A stretch of 64,000 bases of DNA, taken from NCBI GenBank assembly GCA_019704295.1, contig AP024596.1, positions 1,408,001 through 1,472,000 on the forward strand, in the 5' to 3' direction. The position numbers and the translations under genes were made by a program. Positions within the stretch are counted from its first letter, which is position 1. The number at the start of each line of letters is the position of its first letter. Source of the DNA: Sulfolobales archaeon HS-7. Its GTDB lineage: Archaea; Thermoproteota; Thermoprotei_A; Sulfolobales; Sulfolobaceae. The notes below the pieces were generated by a model. It saw nothing but the letters and a program-made list of their open reading frames with translations. It did no database searches and was not told where the DNA came from. Positions 24,430 to 35,152 of the stretch are shown in pieces.

Positions 24430-24654
24430 GCCCTACGGTATGTTTCCGATTTACGGACTTATGGATTTCTACAAGGCGATCTGTTCCTTTGCAATTTGTT
24501 TCTATAGATGAGAGTAGCTGTTTCCACATTTGAATAACACTAATAGGGGATCATGGTAATATCGTGGAAAGTGATTAAATCGACTAGAGAGTCCTTCTTA
24601 GCCGAAGAAGTAAGGGAGGAGCACAGACAAAAGGACAACATTATGTACATCCTC

Positions 24655-25016
24655 AAGATAGCATATAATGTACAATAAATGCTACTTTAAATAAATTTCA
24701 GGATAGGAATGACTCATCCTAAACTGCTTAATTAGGACGACAATATAGCAAATTACCCGAGATCGAACACCCTTGCTGAACTCGTAGCCCTAAGTATATC
24801 CGCCGTTACCCTCAGTAAATGCTAAATTCATAACGCTGAAAACCTCGTTTTTCTCCTTAATCCACAAGATACAAATGGTTATTTGTGAAGATTCTCGATA
24901 AACTAATTTTATATTATTTTACTCATAGGATTAAACAAATTAATTTCAGACGTACATATTCTATAACTTTTTACTTTATTTAGTTATTCTATCAAATATA
25001 CGTTTGACACCCTCAC
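24655..25016 (+). mobile_element. ~360-bp MITE (IS5-like ends)
   Basis: Right end ataactttttactttatttagttattc...gacaccctcac matches the IS copy A end; length matches 29191..29553. Confidence 0.65.
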
Positions 25017-25122
25017 GACACAATGTGGCCCAAAGTGCTAGGGTAAAAACCTCAAATTGTTATACACTTTGGACCAATGGAACTAATTGTCCCAAAACCG
25101 GAATCACCAAATTTTATAATTT

Positions 25123-25869
25123 ATGCCTTTTATGTCTTTTGTGGAAGACAAAAGAAACCCGATAAAGGATTTTTACGAAGAACATTACGCTAAGCTAGAA
25201 CAGACTTCTCATATGTCAAAAAGGGTGAGATATACAGAAGAAGCTATCAAAAAATTTGGAAAAAAAGAATATATTCTAGAGATAGGCTGTGGAACGGGAG
25301 AAAATTTATCATATTATGCCAAGGAGTTCAACTTTAGTAAAGCCTATTGTGTAGAGGTGGCCTCTCTTACAGAAACCAAAATAAGAGAGAGAGGATTATT
25401 TCCGATTATTTTGGACGTTAATGCTAATAAGATTCCTTTAGATGACTCATCTATCGACGTAATAATTTTCGAGGAGGTTGTAGAGCACCTCTACAATTCT
25501 GACTTGGTAATAGGAGAGATAAAAAGGTTGCTGAAAAGAGAAGGTATACTAATTCTGAGTACACCAAACCTAGCATCCTGGATAAACAGGTTAACTTTAC
25601 TGCTCGGCTATCAGCCCTTTTCTCACGACATATCTTTCCTAGGAGGATTCGGAAGATTAAGGAATAAGACACAGACTAACGGTCACATTAAGTCCTTTAC
25701 GTTAAGGGCAATGATCGAGTATTTAAAATTCTTTAATTTTGAAATCCTAGAGATTAAAGGCATTGAGGCTGACGGTGTTTCTGGACTTCTAAGCAAGATC
25801 GACTTGTTCTTTTCTAAATTTCCAAATTATGCTTCCCATATGTTCATAGTAGCTAGGAATTCTCAATAA
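25123..25869 (+). CDS. Class I SAM-dependent methyltransferase
   Basis: LEIGCGTG, DVIIFEEVVEH, LSTPN motifs. Confidence 0.9.
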   Translation: MPFMSFVEDKRNPIKDFYEEHYAKLEQTSHMSKRVRYTEEAIKKFGKKEYILEIGCGTGENLSYYAKEFNFSKAYCVEVASLTETKIRERGLFPIILDVNANKIPLDDSSIDVIIFEEVVEHLYNSDLVIGEIKRLLKREGILILSTPNLASWINRLTLLLGYQPFSHDISFLGGFGRLRNKTQTNGHIKSFTLRAMIEYLKFFNFEILEIKGIEADGVSGLLSKIDLFFSKFPNYASHMFIVARNSQ

Positions 25870-25974
25870 CATAGTCACTAAACCAATTACATCTTATTAA
25901 TTTTATTGGAAACGGCGCAATTTCAATAAGGGGCGATTCATGAGGGAATTCAGGTTTCCTGTGGGGCCGTTCAC

Positions 25975-27245
25975 GTGACAGTGTCTAATGTGTAATTAAA
26001 GTGAATAACTAAATAAAGTAAAAAGTTATAAAACACGTAAGTCTAGAATTAAATTCGCTTAAGTACCAGTGGAGAAACAATATAAAATCAGTTTATTAAG
26101 ACCACTCGCGACTAATCTCGAAATTTTCCGATAATCAAGGCTAGGGACGAGCTTCTCTAGCGGGGTTTTAAGTGGAGATTTCAGCGCTTTCTAACGGAGC
26201 TAAACCGCTAAATATTGTAAGCCAGGCCGAGGAGGCTGGCAAAGACGTTCAATCCCCTCATGCCCCTCGCGTAAGGCCTCATGTTCTGAGGAAAGTTCCG
26301 AAGAACGCCTCCTCTCAGTATTCCCAAGCCATTCTTGACTCTGATCACCTTGCGTCTCTCGGCAAACCCCCTGTGTACGAGCGTGATCACGTTTGGCTTG
26401 ATAGGAGATTTAAAGTCGGAAACGTTAGCTGGAACTATCTTAGCCTTGCAAACCATGAGGGTCTTAAGGAGAACCCGGCGAAGCACTTGCCCCCGAACCA
26501 ATTCCCCACTTCTTTCCCCAGCTACCCTCATGTTCCCTGAGGGTGTAATTTCTCGGAAATGAGAGAAAAGTTTCTCCCTTTTCCTCTCATCGAGTGTCGC
26601 AAGTACTTCATGAGGTTTCCTCCTTGGATTAATTTCCCTGAGATCCAGTACAAGTTTCTGTGCTTTTCCACGCTCTTCTCCCCGTGAGGAGGCTCCACGG
26701 TAAAGCCATCAACCTTTGCCTTCCGAACTTCTCCTTCGCTAAGAAATGGTGGAAGTCGCTCCTCGTTAACTCGCGACTCCAATCGCCTGAAGACCTTGAG
26801 GAGCAGATCCCTAATTCTATCGTCGTATTCATACACAAACCAGTTCAAGAGGACCTCGAGGGAACCTCTTTTACGCCAAGGAAAACCTTGACCACTTCAT
26901 TGGTAACCGCTAGCACAATCACTCCCCTATACGACTCTTTGAAAAGCACTCTCACGATCATCATCTTCAAGTAGACCACGTTAGTACTTGAAGAACTTGT
27001 GATCCTTGAACTCCCTTTCAATTACGTCCTTTAACTCACTCATGATTTCCTCGCACTCCAAAAGGGATTTACTCTTTCAACCCAACTCTTGGGGGATTAC
27101 GTCGGAATAAATGTAGATCACGGTATAACCTAGGCGTAATCCCCCTTAAGTATTATCCTTCCATGTAAGTTCTTTGAATTTGTCTTTCTCATAAAAATTT
27201 AATTAATAAAGTAGATTACATTTATTGTGCATTGGACACTGTCAC
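25975..27245 (-). mobile_element. IS5-family-like element (~1.27 kb), transposase pseudogene, copy B (inverted)
   Basis: IRs gtgacagtgtctaatg / cattggacactgtcac; reverse-complement homologue of 12026..13308 with different frameshifts. Confidence 0.88.
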
Positions 27246-27574
27246 GATATTAATCTGTGGGTCCTCATTGTACACCTTATTAAAGATAGGGAATGTATAG
27301 TGGAGCCTCCTGTCCACATACTCTGAGAGGAGTTTAGACGCCAAACGATATTTGGATGTGTGACGCAATCACGGAACATGACCCTGATTTAGCATACATT
27401 GAGAGAGTTTTTTCAACCCGCTTTCACTACCCTAACTTAGTGCAATTCATGGGGAATCGTTAACGATAATAACTCTTCCGAGACCGACGCCATTTTGTAG
27501 TAACTATGATTGATCTTCCGCAGAATCGTTCTCTGATTTCTAAACTTTTTAACCTGGAAGATTTAATACATCAC

Positions 27575-28633
27575 ATGGAAGAAATAAAGAGAAAATCTAG
27601 TGATATAGAAACTAATTACGTTAGGGAAATAGAAGTTCATCACCTCAGAGGTGTCAGTGTAGTAGACCACGACACTCTGGAACCTCCGAGGCTTACCCCA
27701 AGGAAAATAAACGTTATTACCGGCTGTAACGGCTCTTTCAAAACGACATTTCTCGAAGCGTTAACAGTATCGCTATTCATGACTTCAAGAAACGTACTTA
27801 AAGCCAGATCGATTATTAATTTGGCGTCAACTCTAAGAATGGAACCCCTTTGGCAATACTTATTAGCAAGAGACGGGTTTGAAATGATAGTTAATAATCA
27901 GTATAAGGTAAGGAGTGCTACTTTTGACGAGATTATAAAAGTGAATCCAATGCAGCCTGTTAGTACTATGATAAACCCCGTAGGCTTCATACTCCTCAAG
28001 AACGATAAGGAAGTGAGAATATTTAGAGTGGATATTTCTGTTTTACCTGCTTCGGCACAGATCAGCATCTCTATACAAGACAAAGATAGAGACGAGGTCA
28101 AGGAATTATCCGGTTACACATTTATAGCGTTCTCCACGCCAAACCCGATATCTCCAGACTTCGTGAGCAACTTTTCTCCTTTAATGGAATTTTCCAAAAT
28201 CAAGGACTCATTAAGGAAGTTATTGAACTTCGAATTAATGGGCGTGAAAATGGACGAATTCGGTAGATTGACCTTCGTAGTGTCAAACGGTAATAAGGAT
28301 CTTGAAGTACAGTTTTTGGGAAGCGGTTTCGCATCCCTTATTCTGCTAGCTATGGCCTCGAGCAACGATATAGTGATCTTCGACAACATTGAAAACCATT
28401 TACACCCTCAGCTCATGTTAAAGGCAATAGAGCTCATGAAGGAAAGTAATTCTCAGTGGTTCATAACCACCCAAAGTACCGAATTTCTGAATTATTTACT
28501 GCTGGAGAACCCGGAGGAGGTAATGGTTTACGAATTCCTCAAAAGGGAAAATATACATATTAGACAATTGGAGGGGAGTAAAGCTAGTGAGCTGATCAAC
28601 GAACTCTCTGAAGATTTGAGAGGATTATGCTGA
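27575..28633 (+). CDS. ABC-type ATPase (AAA_21/AAA_15-like)
   Basis: Walker A GCNGSFKT, signature LGSG, Walker B/D-loop IFDNIENHLHP, ITTQS; start taken at ATG 27575 behind a TTTTTAA box (the ORF track starts at 27506). Confidence 0.85.
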   Translation: MEEIKRKSSDIETNYVREIEVHHLRGVSVVDHDTLEPPRLTPRKINVITGCNGSFKTTFLEALTVSLFMTSRNVLKARSIINLASTLRMEPLWQYLLARDGFEMIVNNQYKVRSATFDEIIKVNPMQPVSTMINPVGFILLKNDKEVRIFRVDISVLPASAQISISIQDKDRDEVKELSGYTFIAFSTPNPISPDFVSNFSPLMEFSKIKDSLRKLLNFELMGVKMDEFGRLTFVVSNGNKDLEVQFLGSGFASLILLAMASSNDIVIFDNIENHLHPQLMLKAIELMKESNSQWFITTQSTEFLNYLLLENPEEVMVYEFLKRENIHIRQLEGSKASELINELSEDLRGLC

Positions 28634-29214
28634 TGAAAGTTATCTTCACGGAGGGAATATCTGACGCTAAATTCATCGCGGGATTACTAGGAATCAGTGA
28701 CTTAGAAAACGCTGAGAAGCACGCTAAAGCAATAGTTTCGAGCTATAGATGCTACAAAGATGACGATCTATTGATTTGCGAAGGAGGTGGTAAGGATAAT
28801 ATTTGTAGAAGGGCTAAAGAATTGAGTGAATTACTCAAATATAAGAAATTAAATTTTGAAATTCTCATCCTTCTAGATGGAGACGCTAAGGGGACTAAAT
28901 GCGACGTTGGTGAAATATTCTATTTAGATAATAAAAACCTAGATGAATTGCTCTTCAACGCTTCAATGCAGATCCTTACGAGCCACGATTACGCAAAACA
29001 ACTACTAGAGCACGAGAAAAACAACGCAGATTCTAAACTAAAGGTTTATTTGGTTATGTATTTATTCAAGAAATTCGTATCATCTGGTGAAAACTGGACT
29101 GATTTGAGTTCGTTCTTTTATTTTGTAGCATGGCATTACAAATCTCAGTTATTGTCACTTGATTCTGGTCTATCAAAAATAATTGAACTCGTGACGGTGT
29201 CCAGTGTGGAATAA
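28627..29214 (+). CDS. TOPRIM-like (DUF3226/OLD-type) putative nuclease partner of the ATPase
   Basis: IFTEGISD and LLDGD TOPRIM motifs, GGG motif; overlaps the ATPase stop; last codons lie in a MITE. Confidence 0.75.
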   Translation: MLMKVIFTEGISDAKFIAGLLGISDLENAEKHAKAIVSSYRCYKDDDLLICEGGGKDNICRRAKELSELLKYKKLNFEILILLDGDAKGTKCDVGEIFYLDNKNLDELLFNASMQILTSHDYAKQLLEHEKNNADSKLKVYLVMYLFKKFVSSGENWTDLSSFFYFVAWHYKSQLLSLDSGLSKIIELVTVSSVE

Positions 29215-29553
29215 ATGTAATCTAGTTTATTAAGTAAATTTTTAGATATAATAATAATTAAATCTACGTTGTATAATAAGGACGATAGTACGGAGGAATT
29301 ACGGGAAGTTAAACCCCATTGCCGACTTCCTAGGCTTAAAAATATCCGGTACCCTCCGCTAACTTTTAACTCGTAGTACTGAGACTCTTTTTAGTCTTGT
29401 TTCTTGAGAAATATGTAATTAATTATGCCTATTCCCAATAAACTTATTTTATACTCCCCTATCGTAATTTAATGGATTTAATTCTAGACAGACGTGTTCA
29501 CAACTTTTTAGTTTATTTAGTTATTCTATTAATTACACATTGGACACCGTCAC
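29191..29553 (+). mobile_element. 363-bp MITE with IS5-like ends
   Basis: Perfect IR gtgacggtgtcca / tggacaccgtcac; subterminal aataaatgtaatctagtttattaagtaaattt identical to IS copy A; no ORF. Confidence 0.85.
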
Positions 29554-29901
29554 GGGAACTTTCCACCTAGTTCCCGTAGTATCACCTCCGAGTAATACTC
29601 CCTTGCCCACCCTGAAAAGGGTTTACGCCACATTCTATTGATTAATCCTCTTATTCTCTGAAATACTTTCTAGCTAAACCATATCTTTATGCTCTGGATC
29701 CTTTTTTAGCGTTCATTACTACGTCCATAACATCAATACCTTCCTTTTCTGCAATTTTTAATACTTATTCCATATTTTCCCCTTCTTCCTAGAGGTTATA
29801 AAAGTTGCATATGACGTTAGATATCTTATCATCCTTTTTGGGCTATTGTAAAAAACTAATATTTAAGAAAACTTTTGAGTGGAAAGTAGAAAATATACTA
29901 G

Positions 29902-30111
29902 GAAGAGAAAGCTACAATAAAAGTAAGTGAAAATACCCTTAAGATGCTTAAAAAACTTAAAGAAGAGAATAACTTCTCATCAATGGATGAGGCTATCGCT
30001 TTGCTATTAAAATTGTATGGAGAGGAGAAGTTAAGGAGAGAGTTTAGAATAGACAAAGGGCGAATTACTCCGTTTGGCAAAGATGATAGAATTGAGGATC
30101 GTAATGAATAG
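29902..30111 (+). pseudogene. vapB: VapB-like antitoxin lacking a start codon
   Basis: Frame reads EEKATIKVSENTLKMLKKLK..SMDEAIALLL..DRIEDRNE*, preceded in frame by TAG; overlaps vapC. Confidence 0.65.
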
Positions 30112-30496
30112 TTATGCCTGGATAGAGTTCTTTTTAGGAAGTGATAAGGGAAAGAGAGTTTTCGAAATTCTTTCCTCAGTCGATGAAATATTAACACCGG
30201 ATTTAGTGTTAGCCGAAATAGGTAGGAAATACGTTAGAGGAGGAATTCATGAAAAAACTATCATAGAGAGATTGGAATTTATAGAGGAAAATAGCGTAAT
30301 TCTTTGCATTAACTCAGAGTTAAGCGTCGAAGGAGCAATGGCTTACATTAAATTACTAAGTGAGGCTAAAAGTGAGGGAAAGAACAAACCTAGCTTAACA
30401 GATAGTGTACTTTTAGCAATACGTAGGAAGTACTCTGCAAAGATAGTCACTGGAGATGAAATATTTAAGGGAATAAATGAGGTAATGCTTATATGA
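30092..30496 (+). CDS. vapC: PIN-domain VapC toxin; first catalytic Asp appears replaced by Asn
   Basis: xNSYAWIEFF, VLAEI, SLTDS, IVTGD motifs; start uncertain (ORF track 30074). Confidence 0.8.
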   Translation: MRIVMNSYAWIEFFLGSDKGKRVFEILSSVDEILTPDLVLAEIGRKYVRGGIHEKTIIERLEFIEENSVILCINSELSVEGAMAYIKLLSEAKSEGKNKPSLTDSVLLAIRRKYSAKIVTGDEIFKGINEVMLI

Positions 30497-30502
30497 GTGC
30501 TA

Positions 30503-30680
30503 GGGCCGTTAACGTGTTCATGCAAATTCAGTTTGTTTAGAAAAATAGAATGAATTTAATTGAATGGTATCGTATGGACTGGAAAGGATTCGCACTTAAC
30601 AATTTCCCATATTTACTACTCATTTGTAATAATTACAATTCACATTGGAAACCTGAATTACCCAATCGGAAATATCAGCA
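30503..30680 (+). repeat. Dispersed non-coding repeat (second MITE-like family), homologous to ~50853-51030
   Basis: Shared aaaatagaatgaatttaa.tgaat...ttaacaatttcc..attta block. Confidence 0.6.
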
Positions 30681-31679
30681 CGAATCCCTAGAATAGGGGA
30701 TTAAGCTTTTTGTTTGATCAGTTCCATTTCAGCATCAATTTCTCGCTACAATTTTCAGGGTGTAAACTAGGGAGTTAACTCAATTTTTCCCACCCCCCGA
30801 CTTTAATGGTCTGGCGTCCCTTAATTCCTCAACAGTTTATCAAAACTCGTTGGGAGAAACCAGGATACCTTTTTTTAACACCTTATCACAGGTATCTATC
30901 CATGAAGACTGGGAAGGACGGGAAATACTATTACGTTGAATTAGATAGAGAGGATATATTTAAGCTTAAGGGAATTGTTAAAAAGAAGGGTAAGCACCGT
31001 AAACCCTCTTATGAGATCTCATCTTCCAAATAGAACAGTTTTTTTGTGTCCACACTGTAAAGTATCCCCGGCTACTTCTATTGAAAACTATTACCATACT
31101 TTTCCTTTCCCAACTTCTCTCTGGCGTGTTTGAAGGGATTATCAAGTATGAGTAATTCCTTATCCAGAATAAGCATAACCAATTTATCGCTTTTAAATTC
31201 CTCCAGCAAATATTCCGCTAATTCTTCTGAACTGTTTATTTTCTTGTTGAACATAACCTAGCATTCCGCTTCTCACAGACCGCATTAACATAAAAGGAAA
31301 AACGTATTTAATAATCTTCATTTTCCTTTAATATTATATCAGAAATATTTATAATATTAACAACAACTACGTGTTTTTAGCCGAAGGTTGAACTAAGCAC
31401 CTTGTGCTAAGCTTGCAAGAAAAACTAGAACTTTTCGAGTTGCCCGGTGTTGACTTTAAAATATACGAGATTTTGGCCAAATACAACATGTAGTCACGCT
31501 ACCTAAGTCGACTTAAACCCAGTTTTCATATCCAGATTACTCTAATAATTAGTAATGAGATTTTTTGGTGGGACAGAACGTCCCGACGACTTAGCATTGA
31601 GTTTCATCAGGTCTCACTCGGAATTAAATATCTACTCCTGTACTAACCTGTTGAGGTAATTGAGCGGTGAAAAGGGTTA

Positions 31680-34610
31680 TCAGATCAAATCGGCGACGCA
31701 ATAGAGCATGTAAATCTGATAGGCTTTCAATTTGGCTACCTCCTCAGCTACCTCCTTTCTGTTCGAATCCCCCTTCACTATCATGTCAGAGAATTTCTTG
31801 TAAATGTCCCTGTTCACTTGCTCTGAGAAGATCTCATCGTAAAGCTTTTCCAAGCTAATGGGTCTCTCTCCTCCCAATTTGCTCAGGTAAATTTGGTGCA
31901 CGTCGTAAAATCCCATTACTCGCAGAATGGCAGAGTTAGTTACTCCTAACTTACTCAAGATCTCCGATTGACCAAAGTGGACGATGCTCTCTAAGGAACC
32001 TGAGAGGACGGATTCGGAGATCGCCTCCCTTACCTTTTCCTTTCCGCAAATGTAATTCCCGTTGAAACCGCATATTATCGCTTCCTCTCCCAGGTAAATC
32101 GCTGAGATCGCTAGTGCAGGCTTCCTCTCAACGGTGGCAACTCCTACCTTCTTCGTGTTCACTACTGTCCTATCGCACAGGTAACCCAGGTACCTTATGC
32201 CGAGTTCCCTCAATTTCTCCCAGGATGCCATTTTGCTAGGCCTTATTCCCGGGTCGATCCACCTCATTATCACCTTTACTAGTTCATCTTCATTGATCTT
32301 CCTTAACTCATCCTCCAATCGGCTGCAGTTCAACTCCTCGTTCCTAACGCTTATGCCCCCTTTTCTTAACCTCTCCACGAGAGCCGTTGGTTCATACTCC
32401 CAGATTACCACCCTGTTCTTGGACTCCTTCCCAAGTCCCATCGGCTGTATGAAGAACCTCAGGTGATTGTGTTGTACCCCGAACTTCCTCCTTAATACGG
32501 CGCTTACAAAAGCGTGACCGAGGGTTACGGATTCCTCATCGTCCCTGGGGTCTAGATCGCTTTCGTAAACGTATGTGTAGTCCTCGTACCTCCCCACTTT
32601 GCTACAGGCTAATTCGATCTCCCTCGTTCTGTACTCCAGTACGCCTTTCCCATCTCCTAAGGGAATCATCTGCTTACCCTCGCTCTCCACTATCCAGCTG
32701 ACCGAATGCGGAAACTCGGTATATCTGGTAAAACCCTGCTTCTCATATGAAAATCCTACGGTCACTTTCGGCTGGATCTTCCCCCTCAGTAAGTCTTCGG
32801 CGAACTTCTTAACCCCCTCTTCTGTCAATTCCTCCCAGGACTTCTTCACCTGAAGGTAGGCCTGTATTCCCTGAGCTACGCAATTAGGAACGTTGTGAAG
32901 CCCTTCCCTCACGGAGGTCTCGTTTACGGTGTAACCTTCCTTTTGCGTAACGGACGTAATGACAGCGTCATTTACGTGATCCAGGTATCCAGGCTGGTAC
33001 TTCTCAACCAAATCCTTCATCGAGATCTCCGTGTACTTCCTACCATCGACCACGACGGGGATCATGTTCTCATACGTTTTCCCCCTAGTGTAGAAGTTAA
33101 CTGCGTAAAACTCCTCCTCTCCCCTCTCATTTAGCCTCTCCTTGTACAGCCCCATTTCCTTTAGGAGTTCGTAACTCCCGCTTAAACCTAATTTGGCCTC
33201 AATTAGCTCTCTGAGGAGTTTCGGATACTTGTTCTCAGCTGTGTATATAAGTACCTCCGGTCCTAAGCTCTCCCACTCGTTTATGCCCCCCGCCATGATA
33301 GCCATGTCATCCTCAGTTAAGGGAAACACCACTATCTCAGAGACGGGCATCTTCTTGGGATCTCTCCCCGCCCTTCCGTTCTTTTGAATGTACTCCCTAA
33401 CGGATTGGGGTAATCCGTAGTGAACTACTCTCCCTATATTCGGGAAGTTTATGCCCTGGGAAAGCGTCCTGACGGATATCCCCACCTTTTTTCTCCCCTG
33501 CGCTAAATCCTCCTCTAGCCTCCTCCTCTCCCCCTCCGAAACGTAATGATGGTGCACTCCTGCAGAAGGCAACCATTTTTTCAACTCATTCGCTGAATTA
33601 ACCCCCTTGGTAAAGACCAGGGTCACCGCCTCATCCCTCTCGTAATTCCTTAAGAGGAGTATTACGTCATCCTTATTATAAGGTCTAGAAGATATCCTCT
33701 GTCCCCGTCTTATGAGTTGGTAATTTTTCGAGGGTCTCCACTTAAGGTCGCTGACGAACTTGTGAAAAACCCTCTTGAACTCCTCGTAATCAAGGGAGTA
33801 ATCCCCCCACTCTGAGGAAAGGGAACGGGAGATCTTGTGAAGCTCGTCAACAACTCCCCTTCTTCCCAGGATGAGGTAAGTGGTGATTTGAGGTCTCGGG
33901 GCCTTACCCTGTATTATCGCGCACTCCCTCCCAGTTAACTCTGAGAGCCTGTTTGAGAACTCCTCCGGATTGGAGAGTGTGGCGGTGACCACTACTATCT
34001 GTATTTGCCTTCCAATAACGTGAGAGATCAACAACCCCAGGAGCTCGAGGAGGAGCGAGGCCTTACTGCTTCCGTAAAAATCGAACTCGTCGAGGACGAT
34101 AAGCTGAACTGAGGAGAGGAATTTCCTGAAGGGAGAGTTCAGGTATTCGTAAGTCCTCACCCTCTTTATCTCCATGAGCAACTGCTGAGGGTTGGTCGTG
34201 ACTATGTCCGCTGACTCCAGAACTGTACCCTCTGTCTTCTCCCTTCCTGAGATCACGCCTATTGACAAATTGGTCATCTGAGCTATCTCCCTGAGCCTCT
34301 TGGTCTGATCGCTTTGAAGGGCGACAGTAGGGTAAACCGCGAGGGTTCTCACCCTTTTCGATATTGAGTAGAGGAGCCACGACTCCGTCTTACCGCTACC
34401 CGTCTCCGCCCTGAGCACAACGTTCTTTCCCTCGTTTAGGGAGTTTAACGCCTCGCATTGGTGGGCGTATAAGTTGAAGTTCTTGTCACTCGGAATGAAG
34501 TCGTTCAACGTCTTATCGCAGAGATCTACGGTATTGGGCTCCCTAACGAAGGTCAGGTATTCGAGTTGAAGACCCCTCAGCAACGGTTCAGTGGAGAGCA
34601 TAACGGTCAT
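31680..34610 (-). CDS. Large SF2 DEAD/DEAH helicase (Hrq1/SftH/DrmB-like) with C-terminal extension
   Basis: LYAHQ, ETGSGKT, YPTVALQSDQ, DEFD, TATL, GINFP, QKNGRAGR motifs. Confidence 0.9.
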   Translation of the reverse strand: MTVMLSTEPLLRGLQLEYLTFVREPNTVDLCDKTLNDFIPSDKNFNLYAHQCEALNSLNEGKNVVLRAETGSGKTESWLLYSISKRVRTLAVYPTVALQSDQTKRLREIAQMTNLSIGVISGREKTEGTVLESADIVTTNPQQLLMEIKRVRTYEYLNSPFRKFLSSVQLIVLDEFDFYGSSKASLLLELLGLLISHVIGRQIQIVVVTATLSNPEEFSNRLSELTGRECAIIQGKAPRPQITTYLILGRRGVVDELHKISRSLSSEWGDYSLDYEEFKRVFHKFVSDLKWRPSKNYQLIRRGQRISSRPYNKDDVILLLRNYERDEAVTLVFTKGVNSANELKKWLPSAGVHHHYVSEGERRRLEEDLAQGRKKVGISVRTLSQGINFPNIGRVVHYGLPQSVREYIQKNGRAGRDPKKMPVSEIVVFPLTEDDMAIMAGGINEWESLGPEVLIYTAENKYPKLLRELIEAKLGLSGSYELLKEMGLYKERLNERGEEEFYAVNFYTRGKTYENMIPVVVDGRKYTEISMKDLVEKYQPGYLDHVNDAVITSVTQKEGYTVNETSVREGLHNVPNCVAQGIQAYLQVKKSWEELTEEGVKKFAEDLLRGKIQPKVTVGFSYEKQGFTRYTEFPHSVSWIVESEGKQMIPLGDGKGVLEYRTREIELACSKVGRYEDYTYVYESDLDPRDDEESVTLGHAFVSAVLRRKFGVQHNHLRFFIQPMGLGKESKNRVVIWEYEPTALVERLRKGGISVRNEELNCSRLEDELRKINEDELVKVIMRWIDPGIRPSKMASWEKLRELGIRYLGYLCDRTVVNTKKVGVATVERKPALAISAIYLGEEAIICGFNGNYICGKEKVREAISESVLSGSLESIVHFGQSEILSKLGVTNSAILRVMGFYDVHQIYLSKLGGERPISLEKLYDEIFSEQVNRDIYKKFSDMIVKGDSNRKEVAEEVAKLKAYQIYMLYCVADLI

Positions 34611-35152
34611 AATTGACCGTAAATTAAAAGGCTTTACATTCGTGGTACAATACCTCTTTAACGAAGGCTTAGCGCGTATGCTTTTCTAGACGACATTACG
34701 GGGGCCGTAATATATCCGTTTGGTAATTCCTCCTCTACGAGTGAGCTGGCCCCTTTCACTCACTTCACTGCGCGAGGGAATAAACCCTCGTCTATACAAG
34801 GCCTTAGGTACAGGGTAGAAAAACCCACTGACGTTTAGCCTTGAAGTTTCCGTCTTGGGTTTGAGCCAAATAGACCGCGAAGAGTCACTGTCTTCAACAC
34901 GCGATCCCCTCGGAAAAATCCCTGAGGTAAGACAATGTGACCTGGATCTCCAGACACCAAAGGGTGTTAAGGATCCTATTACGTTTTAACGTGTACGGAG
35001 GGAGAGAAAGACGAACAAGAAAATCGTTGAGCGTGAATTCTCACTGCTCGTCGTAGTACCGAATTAAATTATACTAAATAAACTAAATTTGTAGGTAGAC
35101 GCTCCTCTAAACGTTACGTAAAGTTTTTAATTATCGCGTTTAAGACAAATTC

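Noticed and set aside
30806-31320. Small basic ORF and opposite-strand coding-like remnant
   Set aside because: Too short or fragmented to assign; possibly mobile-element debris.
31680-34610. Helicase as Cas3
   Set aside because: Motifs (LYxHQ, YPTxALxxDQ, QxxGRAGR) fit Hrq1/SftH-type helicases; there is no HD partner or type I cas gene nearby.
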